64,000 nt of DNA from positions 59,024,001 through 59,088,000 of the forward strand of contig OZ024741.1 in NCBI GenBank assembly GCA_964016885.1, given 5' to 3'. A program made the translations under genes and the position numbers. Numbering within the stretch: position 1 is the stretch's first letter; every line of letters starts with the position of its first letter. Below are positions 1 through 15,073 of the stretch, piece by piece. The notes beneath the pieces are model-generated. The model saw nothing but the letters and a program-made list of their open reading frames with translations, had not been told where the DNA came from and searched no databases. This stretch comes from Eledone cirrhosa (lineage: Eukaryota).

Positions 1-1366
1 GCTATGTGAATTACATGTACAGTCAATCCAACAAGCTTCTAAACAGTTTCTGTTTACCCATTTTCATTAACGAGGCTTAGTTTGATATGAGGCCATGATA
101 AATGACCCTTGCCCAAACTGCCATGCAGTAGGATCAAACTCAGGACCTAATGATTGAGAAGCTAACCTTCTTAACTACTTGGCCATGTTGCATCAAATAT
201 TGAAGCAGATAATCAAACAACTGATCTTATTAGCTGACTCTCTCATCCAGAACATTACTGAACATAAAATGGAAAGAAAGATAAAGGAAAACAAACAATT
301 ACATTTAGAATATTAGAACTATTTTTAATTAACAAAACCAATAATGATGATGATCTCTTCATACTTAACAGAGTCGTTAGGTGAACATCAAAGACTTAGT
401 ATTCCATATAATGGAAGCGTGACATCATTGGCTAGGACTGGAATTGGTTGTTATACGAAGTAAAAGAAATTAAACAGTTTCAATGGAGAATTGAACTTCA
501 ACTGAACTTGGAACACAGGGAACTATTGCTATTATACACTATTTAGACTAATATATTATACATTTTAAACAGACTTGAAAGCTTAACTGCATGTGATATA
601 AATAGAGTTTTATTTGTTATTGAACAGGTTTCAATAAACCAGTATATGAAATAATAATTTTTTAGTGAATAACATGTTTAGAAGCTAGAAGTTAGGAGTG
701 TCACAGAATTCAGATGTCTTTAGGATATTAGAAATTCATTAATGAGACAGGTGTCATTGAGTGGTTAGGAAATTTGTTTTGCAGTTGTGAGGTTTGGGGT
801 TCAATCCCATTGCTTGGCATCTTAGGCAAATGTCTTTACCATACTTTCAGGTTGATCTTAAGCTTGTGACGAAAATTGAGTAGACAGAACCTTCGTGTAT
901 TCACGTCAGGTGGACTGCATCTATAATTCAGATGGTCAGCCATGTCAGAGACACTATCATACTGATTTAGCTTTGGAATTATTAAGTTTACATATCTGTG
1001 AAATATTCAACCACTTATACTATTATACAAGATGGCCTGTACCTGTAATTCAAAAGACTAGCTTTGTCACATATTGCATTACACTGATTCAGATTGGGAA
1101 TTAAGTTAAGAGTACATGTCTGAAATACTCTACTGCTTGCACTATAACAGTAGATGGACTGTACTTGTAATTCAAAGGTCTTGCCTTATCATATGTTGTG
1201 TAAAACTAATTCAGAATGCTATGTGTATGTGCGTATTCATGTGTAGACAATAGAACATTATATGTGTGTGTGTGTATATGTAAGGGTGTATACAACAGAA
1301 TGTTATGTGAGTTTCTGTGTATGTATTAGGGTGTCAACAACAATGTTATGCGTGTGTGTGTATTAA

Positions 1367-1584
1367 CCCTTTAATATTTCAATTACTCTATATTTACTAT
1401 TGTATTTTCATGGTAAACACTTTATTTCACATAATTCTCACATAATATTGGATCTATGAGATTTTGATATTATTTATTTTAAGAGCAATACCTTAACATA
1501 AGTATGAGCAGCTGGTTACGGCCGGTTGAACAGAAAGAGGGGAGAGAATTCTGGCCAGATATGGCTGGTTTAAATGCTAAAGGG
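1367..1584. mobile_element. piggyBac-type MITE (~220 bp)
   Basis: TTAA|CCCTTTA...TAAAGGG|TTAA termini with TTAA on both sides; same internal sequence as copies at 2807, 33124 and 33623 but in the opposite orientation. Confidence 0.75.
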
Positions 1585-1704
1585 TTAAGGTGTTTCCCAT
1601 GAAGGCTCCGTAGAAGTGGTTGATAGCTCCTGCTTCCTAGATGATCTAATTAGCAGGGGAGGAGGTTGCTCTGAGAGCATAGTAGTTAGAATAAGAATAG
1701 GATA

Positions 1705-2217
1705 AAGTTCAGGGTGCTACTACCTTTTTTTTTTTTTACAGCAAAAATGTTCTCTCTATGATGCCTGTATGCAATGCATATGTTGCATTTTAGTGAAACA
1801 TGGGAAGGGAATGCAGAGGATATGTAAAGGGTGGAGAGAAATGAAACGAGCATGCTTTGTTGGATGTGCAATGTTAATATGCATGAATGACAAAGCCTGA
1901 ATGAGTTGAAAGAAAAGTTAGGTATAACAGGAATCAGATGTAATATGCAAGAAAGAAGACTGCACTAGTATGGAATTGTGATGCATATAGATAATGATTG
2001 TTGGGTGAAGAAGTGGCAACAAATCCCAATGGAAGAAGCTGCAGTACAGGGAGATCAAGAAAGACCTGGGCTGAAGTTGTGAAAGCTCATCTCAATTCCC
2101 TGAAGCTCACAGTTAGGAAGACAAAGGACTGTGATGAGTGGGGAGATGCTATGCTGGAAAATACCTGTCCAACCCATGAAAGCATGGAAAAGCTGATGTA
2201 AAATGATGATGATGATA
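1705..2217 (+). mobile_element. Old degenerate RTE LINE 3' fragment
   Basis: Similar to RTE C-terminus (..GRSRKTWAEVVK..) and ends in ccaacccatgaaagcatggaaaa...(GAT)n tail. Confidence 0.7.
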
Positions 2218-2806
2218 AAGATTTCTACTATAGACACAAGGCCAGCAATTTAAGGAGAGGGGAAAGTCGATTAAATCGACCCCAATGTGTGACTGGTACT
2301 TTATTTTATCGACCCCATTAGGATGAAAGGCAAAGCTAACTTCAGTGTGATTTGAACACAATGTAAAGGGCCGTAACTCTATGCCAATAATAAACAACAA
2401 ACATTAACAACAGTAGCAAAGTAACTAGGTCATCATAATCATCATTATCATTATTTTACATTTACTTTCCATGCTGGCATGGGCTGGAGTGATCCATCTT
2501 GCTTATATATTCCATATTTAGCATGGTTTCTATGGCTGAATACCCTTTTTAATGCCAATCACTTTATGGGATGTACTAGTGCATTTTAGGGTATCAGCCT
2601 TACTATTTTACAGAGTTCACTGGGTACAGTTATTGTGATACAAGCACTAAAGAGGTTGTCAAACTGAAGGGTCCTCTCAAACCCAATATTGACTATGTTT
2701 GATTGCCAACACAGGGGGTAGTAAAATATTCTCCAATGAAAGAAGTAAAGTTGATGGATCAAATAAAATTTATGCTTGAAAAAAGAGGGGTTTCTGCCTA
2801 TTTGAA

Positions 2807-3022
2807 CCCTTAAATATTTAAACTGACCATATTCAGCCAGAATTCTCTCACCTCTTTCTGTCTAAACTGGCTGTAACTGGCTCCTCATACCAACATTAAG
2901 GTATTGTTCTCAAAATAAATAATATCAAAATCTCATAGATTCAATATTATGTGAGATAATTATTTAAGATAAAGCCTTTACCCCGAAAATACAATAGTAA
3001 ATATAATGTAAATACTAAAGGG
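2807..3022. mobile_element. piggyBac-type MITE copy
   Basis: CCCTTAAA...CTAAAGGG|TTAA termini; homologous to 33124-33346. Confidence 0.7.
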
Positions 3023-5812
3023 TTAAGCAATCCACCACCATTATAATTTCTTTCATAGGCACAAGGCCACATGTTGAAAGGAAAAGAACAGTCGATTATA
3101 TCGACCCTACTATTTGATTAGTACTTTATTTGATCAAACCTAGAAGGGAGAAAGGCAAATTTGACTTCTGTGAAATTTGAACTCAAAACGTTCATAGGAG
3201 GTAATTAAATGATGCTAGTCAGTGTTCTATCATGCCTGCCACTAGATGACACTATTGTTCATATTTGAGACTAAATTGACTTGTTTATATGTTTGCCTTT
3301 GTACTTTTAAACTTCAGTATCCAACACACAGAAAACTAACAAAAGCAAATAATCCAAAATAAGAATTATGCCGATGAGCAAAATAGAAGGTTAATTGAAA
3401 ATAAGTATTTGCCTATTTGAAGATGTGTACCTGATGAAGCAATACAAAGGATTACTTAATTAAATTCTGTCCACTTGAGTCAATGTTATTTTTCTGTGAA
3501 GGAATTAATAATCAATAGAAAGGGAGTCGTTTTCACTGAGAAATTAAATGACTACCCACAGTTAGAAGCACTCGTACTCAAAAGATTCCTTTGAACTTCG
3601 CTGTGAAGTATTGGAAATCTTCAAAATCCAATCATTTGAATGAGAAATTTAATGAGTGCTTGATAAATAATTTATGGCTGATGAGATTGAGATTGGTAAA
3701 GCTTTGCTCAAATAATTTGCTACATTAAAGGGAGATATCTTAACTAAATACTGACTTGTAGAAAGAATTTGACAGTGTTATTGTAGCAGACTTTAGCCAT
3801 GGATGAGTGGTTAGGAAATTTGCTTTACAATCATGAAGTTCTGGATTCGATTCCACTGTGTAGCATCTTGTTAATTTACAAGATGAATGTTTATCATCAT
3901 CATCATCATCAACGTTTAACGTTCATTTTCCACACTTGCATGGGTTAGACGATTTGTCACATAATGAGACAAAGTCAGGTAGGTGATCTTCTCTTGCTCT
4001 TACAGATCTATATTTTGGCTTGGTTTCTATGGTTGCATACCCTTCCTAATGCCAATCATATTACAGTGTGAACTGGGTTCATATTATCATGGAACCAAAA
4101 CGAGCATCTAACAAGGTGGACTAGGTGGTTGTTGTTGTCATCACCAGCATGACCAAATTACAGGGTGGACTGGGTAATTTTTGTCCTGTCATCAGCATGA
4201 CCACCTTACAGGGTGGACTAGGAATTCTGAATTGTCATTATGGTAATTGATGGAGCTCAAACACACACATATATTACTTTATAGATACTGTGCTGGCATG
4301 GCTGAGTGACTAAGGAGTTCCATTCACAATCCTAAGCTCCTGGGTTCAATCTCACTGTATGGCTTCTTGGCAAATGATTTTATCATAGCCTTGGGTTGGC
4401 CTATTTCTTGTGAGGGAAATTTATTTGAGAAATAGAAATGTTTTTGAAGTCCAACTGTACTTGTAATTCAAAGTATTGTCACATATTGTGTAATGCTGAT
4501 TCTGCTTGAGAATTATGTCATGGTGCCACCTATCGTTGGAATACTCAACCACTTACATGTTAATTTGTGTGTTGTATATTCAGTGACTCAAGCAGCAGAA
4601 TGTTTATCCTCCAAATCGATGGAGGATTCATCAAGCATATATTACATTATAGAGGCAGGTATGGCTGTGTAGTTAAGCAGTTCACTTTACAATCATAAGC
4701 TCCCAGCTTCAATTCCACTGTGTGGCATCTTGATCAAATGTCATTTACCATAGCTTTAAATTTACCCATGTCATGTGAGTGAAATTGGAAACTATGCGGA
4801 AGCCTGTTGGATGGATTGTACCTGTAATTCAAATGTCCAGCCTTGTCACACACGTTTTCACAGTGATTTATCTTTGGAATTATTTTAAGGATGCATATAT
4901 ACATGTGGAATACTCAGCTACTTACATTATAATTTAAGATGTATTGTTACTGTGATTCAAAGGTCAAGCTTTGTTACATATTGTAAATTGGTTGTGTAGG
5001 AGTCACAAAAGCACCCAGCGCACACTGTAAATGTGGTTGGCGTTAGGAAGGGGATCCAGTCATAGAAACCAAGCCAGAAACAATTCTATGTGAGCAAGTC
5101 ATGGTCACCTGACCCAACTTTCCTCAAATGGAACAACCCATCTAACCCATGCTAGCATGGAAAAAAGGACGTTAAATGATGGTGGTGGTGGTAGTGATGG
5201 TGATGAAGATGAAGACGAAGACGACGACATTTTACAAAATGTATTGTATAGTGATTCAGCCTGGGGATTATATTAAGGGTCCCATGAGTCTGTGAAATAT
5301 TCAGTTACTTACATGTTAATCCATGAGTCTGAATCTCAGTTGAATGAACAACTGAATGTTCATCATCATAACTGATATTTTATTTTGAAAACTAATCCTT
5401 ACGCATGAGTTCAAATCTCTATTAGTTGAATTGATTAGAGAGCCTCTAATTAGCTCAACTAATAGAATTTTGATTGTAAGTTAATTAGAGAAATTTTAAG
5501 AGATGGAAAAATTCTGAGACTGGGGGTGTTTGAGTTTTGCCCTTTTGTACATGTTTAAAGAAACAAAGAAAAACTGGTGTGGTCGACTGGCTTGGAGGCA
5601 ACCAAGATTTTTGTGCCCCTTTTCTCGGACTCAGTCAATGAGCAGAGACACAGATTTTAGACTTTATCCCCCCTCACACAGCAAATATACTTTACCTACA
5701 TAAAACTTTCCTATAAAATGGCAGCAGTCCAGTGGCTTTACTTTCCAAATATTGACTATGCACTGAGCGGAAAATGAATAACAATTGTGATTACACAATA
5801 TAATAAATAAGA

Positions 5813-6602
5813 ATATGTATATACATGCATATGTACACACACAGAGACACACACACCCTCACACATACATATATATATATCATCATCACCGTTTAACGTC
5901 CAATGCATATATGTGTGTGTATATATATGTATATATGTGTGTATATACACATATATATATATGTGTGCGTGTGTATGTATGCATATACATGTATATATAT
6001 ATACATATATATATTTATATATATATACATCCATGTATATATGTATATATATGTGTATATATACATATGTATATATACAGCACACACATACACATTCAAC
6101 TGACCACCACCACCACCACCAATATTCTGTTGAAATCCATCATCAAATGATTTATAAACATTGTGACTTCTTTGTTGATAGACAATAAAGTATTACTTGT
6201 TTATATATATATATGTATGCATATGTGTGTATATATATATATATACATGCGTATTTGTATGCAAAAATATGCATATTTGCATGTATATATGTATCTGTGT
6301 GTGTATTAATGTGTATATCATCATCATCATCGTTTTTATGGCTGCATTTCCACGCTTGCATGGGTTGGACATGTATATATAAACATGTACATATGTATGT
6401 TTATATATATATATGTATTTACACATACACATACATATATGTATGTGTGTGTGTGTGTGTAAATACATATATATATATATATATATATTTACATACACCC
6501 ACACATACGTACATGTTTATACATACATATGTACGTGTTTATATATACATATCCAGCCCATTCAAGCATTGAAAAGTGAATGTATATATATATATATATA
6601 TA
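5813..6602. repeat. (TA)n/(CA)n/(TG)n microsatellite tract with short RTE/SINE tail remnants
   Basis: Directly visible dinucleotide repeats; (CAT)n plus gtttaacgtcc tail fragments. Confidence 0.9.
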
Positions 6603-6701
6603 CAGGGTGTCCCCAAAACTGTATATACACTTTGATTACCTCTACAGGCAATATTTATCAGAATGCTATTGAAGTGTGTATACACTTTTTGGGACACTCT
6701 G
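6603..6701. mobile_element. Miniature Tc1/mariner-type MITE (~100 bp)
   Basis: TA|CAGGGTGTCCCCAAAA...TTTTTGGGACACTCTG imperfect TIRs; related copy at 11587-11663. Confidence 0.65.
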
Positions 6702-6704
6702 TGT

Positions 6705-7597
6705 GAAAATCAGCAGTGGTGGAGGGTGCTCTGAAAGTACAGTAGCTAGAGTCAGAACGGGTGGAAAAAGTTCAGAGAGCTTATACCACTATTGGCCGCT
6801 AAAGGGTTCTCTCTAAAAATGAAAGGCAGGCTGTATGATGCCTGCATACGAACAGCAATGTTACATGGCAGTGAGACTTGGGCATTGTGTGCAGAGGATA
6901 TAGGCAGACTGGAGAGGAACGAAGCTTGCATGCTCCGTTGGATGTGTAATAGTAATATACGTGAACGGCAAAGCATAAATGAACTCAGGGAAAAATTAGG
7001 AATAAGAGGAATCAGATGTTGTTTACTCGAGAGAAGACTATGTTCGTATGGTCACGTGATGCACATGAAAGACGACAGCTGTATAAAAAAGTGCAGGGCG
7101 ATAAAAATAGACGGTAGCCACGGAGTAGGCAGACCCAGAAAAACCTGGGACGACTTGATAAATTCCAACCTCACACACTTACACCTCTCCAAGACAATGT
7201 CACTGGACCGAGATCTTTGGCGCTACACAGTAATACAGAAGACCCGCCTTGCCTAAGTACAAAGCGAAACCTACAGTCAGTAGGCACCTCTTAACAAAAA
7301 TACACCCCCGTCCCACTACCCCACCCTATCCACACCACCCCTTTCGATGTAAAGTTATGTTGGTACCACAACATCCAGTCCAAAATAAATGAGGTCGTGT
7401 AGGTGTCACGACAAAAAGACACACAGTCCACACTGTAATGTGGTCGTGTAGGTAACACGGTAAAATCTTCCAGTCCACACTGTAAGCGTGGTTAGTGTTA
7501 GGAAGGGCATCCAGCCGTAGAAAACCCGCCAGACAGTCCTATACGAGCAAGACAACTAATCTTGCCTCAAGTGGAAAAATTCCCGTCCAAACCCATG
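6705..7597 (+). mobile_element. RTE LINE subfamily A, 3' fragment (tail missing)
   Basis: ORF 6792-7256 LYDACIRTAMLHGSETW...GRPRKTW matches the C-terminus of the other RTE copies, followed by the same 3' UTR. Confidence 0.9.
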
Positions 7598-9725
7598 GTC
7601 TTGAACTCCTCTGTTATAGCCTGAAGGGCAATAATAAATAGTAGGGGGCTAAGGACGGAGCCCTGATGAACACCAACTTTTATGCTAAACTCTTCACTAT
7701 ATTCGTTGTTAATTCTAACCTTGCTGACTGTTTCTTTATACATGGCTTGTATAGCTCTCACAAGCCATTTATCAACACCTAGTTTTCTAAGGGCCCATCA
7801 GATAATCGAGTGGGGTACTCTGTCAAAGGCTTTCTCCAAGTCAACAAAAGCTAAGTATAGGTGTTTACTTTTAGCTAGGTACTTCTCCTGTAGTTGTCGT
7901 ACAATGAAAAGAGCGTCTATTGTACTTTTACCCGACACAAACCCGAACTGCATTCCGCCTAGATCAATTCGTTCTCTGATTAGTTGCGCTATTACTTTTT
8001 CTGTGACCTTCATGACCTGGTCAGTTAATTTAATGCCTCTATAGTTTCCCCTATCTAGGGCATCTCCTTTACCCTTGTAGCAGTTAATGATGATGCTGCT
8101 ACACCAGTCTTTTGGTATGACCCCATTCTGTATTACTTGGTTAACTATACGAGTGACCATAGTATGTCCCACCGTTCCAGATGCCTTCAGCATTTCAGCA
8201 ACTATTTCCGAAGGCCCAGCCGCCTTGCCTGTCTTCATGCCTTTGATCGCCTTACTTATTATACTACCTTCAACTTGCACTGCTGGTCCCTCTATTGGAT
8301 CGATGTGGGGGAGACTGTCGTTCTCCCAATTATTCTCCTCATTTAGTAGCCTTTCGTAGCGACACTTCCAAGCTACCTTCTTATCAGTGTCAGTGATGGC
8401 AAGTACACCATCATCATTAAGGACACACTTCTCCCCGATAATATCAAGGTTTTCCTTGACACACTGCCTAGCAATCCTGAACACCTCACGTTTTTGGTCC
8501 TCGCGTTGTAGAACATGCTTGAACTTTCTTTCCTCTGCTTCCCTTCTTGCAAAGTACACTTGTCTCCTAGCTTCCCTCCTGGCCACTTGATAGTCTTCTC
8601 TACTTCCCCCATCCCGCCATGCTTTCCAAGCCTGCTTTTTGGCCTTGATTGACCCCTCCACCTTACTGTTCCACCACCAAGTTACTCTCCTCCTGCCTAT
8701 AGGTCTGCTCCAGCCACAGGTTTAATCTGTTGCCTTCAGCAGGTTAGCTTTCAGGAATTCCCACTGTTCCTCTATATTGTACGACTCTAATTGCTCTTCC
8801 TTACTATCAAAAGCATCAAGTAATATGCTTTTAAATTTATTACTGGCTCTGGGGTCCTTTAACTTCCATATTTTTCTCCTGAGGATAGTCCTCTTCTGTT
8901 GTCAAGTACGTCTCGTCCTGACTATGTGGTCGCTAATTATGAGTCTATGTTGAGAGGTGCATTCTTCATGGGGGAGGGATTTAGTGTTTACAACAGACAC
9001 TCTGTCACATCTTCTGGTAAGGATATAATCTACCCGGCTGGTGTGTTCCCTTGATCTATAGGTGATCAAGTGATTGTCTCGTTTTTTGAAGTTAGTGTTA
9101 CAGATAGTTAGGTTATTTGCGTCACAGAATTCCAGGATTCTGGAGCCTTCCTCATTTCTAGTACCAAACCTATAGCGTCCATGGATTCCGTCATAGCCAT
9201 CACAATGTTGTCCAACGTGACCATTTAGGTCGCCAGCGATAACTATGTAGTCACTGTCGGTTATTTGGGAGGTAGAATCTGTCTTTTATAACGCCAGGCA
9301 GTCCGGATTGTGGTGCATATGCAGATATTATTGTCGCAGTAGTTCTATTGAGGACAAGTCTTATTTTAATTATTCTGTCGTTCACTCTATTTACGTCTAT
9401 TATCTTATCTGCCCACTTTTCTGCTACCATGATTCCTACTCCACCCAACCCATTGTCATTTCCCACCCAGAAAAGCTTATAGCATCGTTTTTTACCCACA
9501 ATGAATCTAGCAGACCCACCCCTCCACCTGGTCTCTTGAATACAGCAAACATCGACCTCCTTACGTTCAAGCATTTCTACAACCTCGTTAGCGCGACCTT
9601 TTAAGGTGCCTACATTCATGGTACCAACTCTGAAGTTTTGGATTGCGTTTGGAGGGTGACAACGGTGGGGCGCAGGGCAGAGGGGGGGGGGGGAGATGGG
9701 GTTGTGTTAGCCATCTGCAGCCGAA
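7598..9725 (-). mobile_element. RTE LINE subfamily A, 5' half (AP endonuclease + N-terminal RT), disrupted
   Basis: APE motifs MNVGTL, CIQETRW, SAYAPQ (9251-9619); RT motifs KGDALDRGNYRGIKL, QFGF, FVDLEKAFDRV, GVHQGSVLSPLLF; stops and frameshifts. Confidence 0.9.
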
Positions 9726-10554
9726 ATATATATATATGGTGTATATGTCTTATCGAGTGATTCTGTGGACATGCTTTGTTGTATGTTGCTCTGATTGTTT
9801 AATTAATTAGTTCGCCATTGAGCCACATCGTGAATGGTTACCAAAAACATATATATATATCTATGACTTTGTCTAGTTTGTGTATATGTAAATCTTTATA
9901 TTTGATAATCTCCCATAAGGTTGAGATGCAATTTAGGCAATATTAGGCTGCGCTTTCTAGCAACCAGCCCACTCGCCGTAAGGCACCAATCACATTCTTT
10001 CTGACTTGACCACTGCCATTTTGAATTCGTTTCTGGCGGGGATCATTTAAGAAAAATCTTCGTCCAAGTGAGTTTGTTTCTTGATGATTTCGAAGCTCGT
10101 GAATTTATCCTTGATCGGATATTTCCAAAAGAGAATGAAACTCCATGGGGTAGAAACGTAATCTTGGTATGTTTATATACATTTATTTTGTTCTAACTTT
10201 AATTTTTTACCTAATTGTGTATGGTTGACGATATATTTAATCGAAATGCTGGGTAAATATTCTATAGCTGTTGATCGTGAATAGATGGCTGTCGTTTATT
10301 TATCTATTATTTCTTCATAGGTGCCTTTTAATCTTATAGCCTGGTTTAATTGTTTTTTTTGTGTGGTTGATTATGCTGATTGGGAGAGGAGATGGTGTAT
10401 ATGTCTTATCGAGTGATTCTGTGGACATGCTTTGTTGTATATATATATATATAGGTTCTAATAGTGACTATCTGTAGCACTTTGATTAACCTATTCTTTT
10501 GTCAGACAATATGATTAATTACTTTACATATTACTGAATATTTTAATACATATA

Positions 10555-10896
10555 CATCATCATCATCATTTCATTTTACGTCCGCCTTTTCCCTGCTTGC
10601 AAAGGTGGGACAGGAACTGATCCTGGCTTGATTTCTACAGCTGGATGCCCTTCCTAACACCAACCTCATTTACAGTGAGTGCTGGGTGCTTTTTTGCCAT
10701 GGCACCTCCACGACCACTTCACGTGAAATGATATGAACACCAGTCCCTATCATCTCATTTCTACAGCTGAGTAAACTGGAGCAATGTAAAATAAAGTGTC
10801 TTGCTCAAGGAAACAACACATCACCCGGTCTGAGAATTGAACTCACAACCTTTCGATTGCAAGACCAATGCTCTAACCACTAAGCCATATGCCTCC
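10555..10896 (-). mobile_element. tRNA-derived SINE with RTE-type 3' tail
   Basis: Minus strand: A-box TGGCTTAGTGG, B-box GAGTTCAATTC, core ccttgagcaagacact, RTE-like tail and (GAT)n. Confidence 0.8.
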
Positions 10897-11586
10897 ATGT
10901 ATAAATATATATATAAATATATATAAATATATATATCACCGCCATGTAACATCTCTTCTTGTTTGCATAGGATATCACATGGTGAGACTTGACTGGTCAG
11001 GAGACTAGGTCCAGCTTATACATTTTACTTTGGCTTTTCTATGGTTGCAAACCCTTCTTAACATCAACCACTTTACAGCATGTACTGGGAGCATTTTGTT
11101 GTGATGCCAGCACTACTACTTTCACAGGGTGGATTGAGTGCTTTTTCTTGTAGTACCACCTTACAAGTGGATTGGAGGCTTTTCATTGTGGCACCAGCAC
11201 TACCACGTTACAGGGTGGACTGGGTGCTTTTGTCATGGCACCAGTACTATCTTACGAAGCATTTGTGGCAATTGGAGCTATGGTACAGACATTGCACTAG
11301 TCATGGTGATGGCCTTGAAGTGGGTGGTATCTGACATATTATAGGAGTGCTTTTGGTTTCCCTTGAATGCCTGAATGGGGCAGTTTATATGCTGCTTAGA
11401 GCATGTGGGAGAGGGATGACTGTTATTCCCATGGGTTGGCTGGAAAGTATTGGGGTGTAAGGGTTCAGTAGTGGTAGTAAATCAAGTCAAGGTTCATTCT
11501 ATACACACATTATATATGTATATATATATATATGTATATATAAAATGTATAAATAATGATAATATATATATATATATATAAATATA

Positions 11587-11663
11587 TAGGGTGACCCCAA
11601 ACATGTATACACTCTTCAACAGCATTCTAATAAATATGTGTATACATTTTTGGGGACACCCTA
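11587..11663. mobile_element. Miniature Tc1/mariner-type MITE
   Basis: TAGGGTGACCCCAAACATGTATACAC...GTGTATACATTTTTGGGGACACCCTA inverted termini in TA context. Confidence 0.6.
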
Positions 11664-11666
11664 TAT

Positions 11667-13462
11667 ATAACTATAGAGGCATTAAATTAATCGACCAGGT
11701 CATGAAGGTCACAGAAAAAGTAATAGCGCAACTAATCAGAGAGCGAATTGATCTAGATGAAATGCAGTTCGGGTTTCTGTCAGGTAAAAGTACCACAGAC
11801 GCTCTTTTCGTTGTACGACAACTACAGGAGAAGTACCTAGCTAAAAGTAAACCCCTATACTTAGCTTTCGTTGACTTGGAGAAAGCCTTTGACAGAGTCA
11901 CCTGTTCCATTATCTGGTGGGCTCTTAGAAAACTAGGTGTTGATGAATGGCTTGTAAGAGCTATAAAAGCCATGTATAAAGAAACAGTCAGTAAGGTTAG
12001 AATTAACAATGAATATAGTGAAGAGTTTAGCGTAAAAGTTGGTGTTCATCAGGGCTCCGTTCTTAGCCCCTACTATTTATTATTGCCCTTCAGTCTATAA
12101 CAGTGGAGTTCAAGACCGGCTGCCCATGGGAACTCCTATACACAGATGATCTAACGCTCATAGCTGAATCAATGGCCGAAATAGAGAAGAAATTCCAAAC
12201 ATGGAAGCATGGCCTAGAATCAAAAGGCCTTAAAATTAACCTGTCTAGGACTAAAGTTCTAGTTTGTAGGAAGGAAAATAGGGCACCGGTCCCATCCGGG
12301 AAATGGCCATGCTCAGTGTGTAGGAGTAGGTAGAAACTCCATTTTATGTCCCAAATGCAAAGTATGGGTGTATAAAAGATGTAGTGGGATCACAGGTAAG
12401 CTAACTAAGAACACAGATTTTATATGTGGCCGGTGCTCTGGTGCAATAAGTAGCAGCAAGTGCCCACAAAATACTAGCTCATTCCATTGCACAGATGGTT
12501 CTATAGAAATAGTGGACAGCTTCCGTTACCTGGGTGACAAAATTAGCAGTGGGGGAGGGTGCTCTGAAAGTACAGTAGCTAGAGTCAGAACTGGATGGAA
12601 AAAGTTCAGAGAGCTTATACCACTATTAGCTGCTAAAGGGTTCTCTCTAAAAATGAAAGGCAGGCTGTATGATGCCTGCATACGAACAGCAATGTTACAT
12701 GGCAATGAGACCTGGGCATTGTGTACAGAGGATATACGCAGACTGGAGAGGAACGAAGCTTGCATGCTCCACTGGATGTGTAATAGTAATATACGTGAAC
12801 GGCAAAGCATAAACGAACTAAGGGAAAAATTAGAAATAAGAGGGATTAGATGTTGTTTACTCAAGAGAAGACTACGTGATGCGCATGAAAGACGACAGCT
12901 GTATAAAAAAGTGCAGGGCAATAAAAATAGACGGTAGCCACGGAGTAGGCAGACCCAGAAAAACCTGGGACAACTTGATAAATTCCAACCTCACACACTT
13001 ACACCTCTCCAAGACAATGTCACTGGACCGAGATCTTTGGCGCTACACAGTAATACAGAAGACCCGCCTAACCTAAGTACAAAGTGAAACCTACTACAGT
13101 CAGTAGGCACCTCTAACAAAAATACCCCCCCGTCCCACTACCCCCACCCCATCCACACCACCCCTTTCAATGTAAAGTTATGTTGGTACCATAACATCCA
13201 GTCTGAAACAAATGAGGTCGTGTAGGTGTCACGACAAAAAAACACACAGTCCACGCTGTAATGTGGCCGTGTAGGTAACACGGTAAAAACCTCCCAGTCC
13301 ACACTGTAATTGTGGTTGGTGTTAGGAAGGGCATCCAGCCGTAGAAAACCCGCCAGACAGTCCTATGCGAGCAAGACAACCACTTTTGCCTCAAGTGGGA
13401 AAACTCCCGTCCAAACCCACGCAAGCGTGGAATATGGACGTTAGATGATGATGATGATGATG
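11667..13462 (+). mobile_element. RTE LINE subfamily A, 5'-truncated, frameshifted RT pseudogene
   Basis: RT motifs split over ORFs 11591/12103/12368/12876 (YTDD in place of YADD); 3' UTR and (GAT)n tail. Confidence 0.92.
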
Positions 13463-14274
13463 ATATATATATATATATATATATATATATTCCTAAACCG
13501 GAGGCAGTGGGATACACAAACCTAATATAAATACAAAATATAAAAATATAAACTGACATTGAAGCCCCAAAATAGGAACAAAATGAAACAGCAACAACAA
13601 GAAAAGCAACGATACAATAGCAGCGACAATAACAATAGTAGCAACAAAAGCAACATAATTGCAATAAAATAAACCGGACAAACTGGAAAACAATTAATTT
13701 GAAAATGTCGAATGTATAAGTTACAACAGGTTTGTTTTTCCTGATCAAAACAGAAACATTTGAGGAAATAATAACGATGATCGGTTATCATATATATAGG
13801 GTGAGTGTGGGGGAGTCATTAATGATGTTTAACCAGCAGCCGATTGGCTATTATATATGTAGAGGAAATAGCTTAACGGGAGGGAGTGGGATGGTGTAAT
13901 GAAGTCATTAACAATGTTTAACCATTAACTGATCAGCTTTCATGTAGTAGAGGAAGGGGAGCTAAATGGTGGGGAATGAAGAAGTCATTTACAATGTTTT
14001 GACCATCAGAAAGACTGTTTTTAAACATGGCTTTTATAGATTGTTGATTGCTATTGTTGCAATATCACCACCATCACAACCATCATTACCAACACCACCA
14101 CCCTAACCACTATCATTATTTCTATCACCATCATCACATACAAATCATCCATTATATAAAATGAAATAGGGAGACATAGATATCCGAAACTGTTCACCTA
14201 CGCTAAAATGCAATTATATATATATATATATCATCAGCATCATTTTAACATCCACTTTCCCTGCTAGCAAGGGT

Positions 14275-14329
<55 letters not shown>

Positions 14330-14379
14330 TCATCATCATCATTTCATTTTATGTCCACTTTTTCCCTGCTTGCAAGGGT

Positions 14380-14832
<453 letters not shown>

Positions 14833-15019
14833 TGTGGTGTTGAGACTGGTGAGCCCATTAATAATGGAAGTACTCAATGCATGGAGGGGGGGGGGTGTTG
14901 CAGAGTGGGTATAGATAGAGATAGGTAAAATCCTGACTGAGGTACCAAGTCGTTTACCTATCCCTTTATACATATATACACCGAGAGAGATGTATGTATA
15001 TATGTGTGTGCTTGTATGC

Positions 15020-15071
<52 letters not shown>

Positions 15072-15073
<2 letters not shown>

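Noticed and set aside
3430-3500. CTGATGA hammerhead core (also at 3678 and 17881)
   Set aside because: No properly spaced GAAA with closing stems
5664-6706. Many overlapping Y/I/H/T/C/V-rich ORFs (also 14-17 kb, 34-35 kb, 57.7-59.2 kb)
   Set aside because: Translations of stop-free dinucleotide microsatellites
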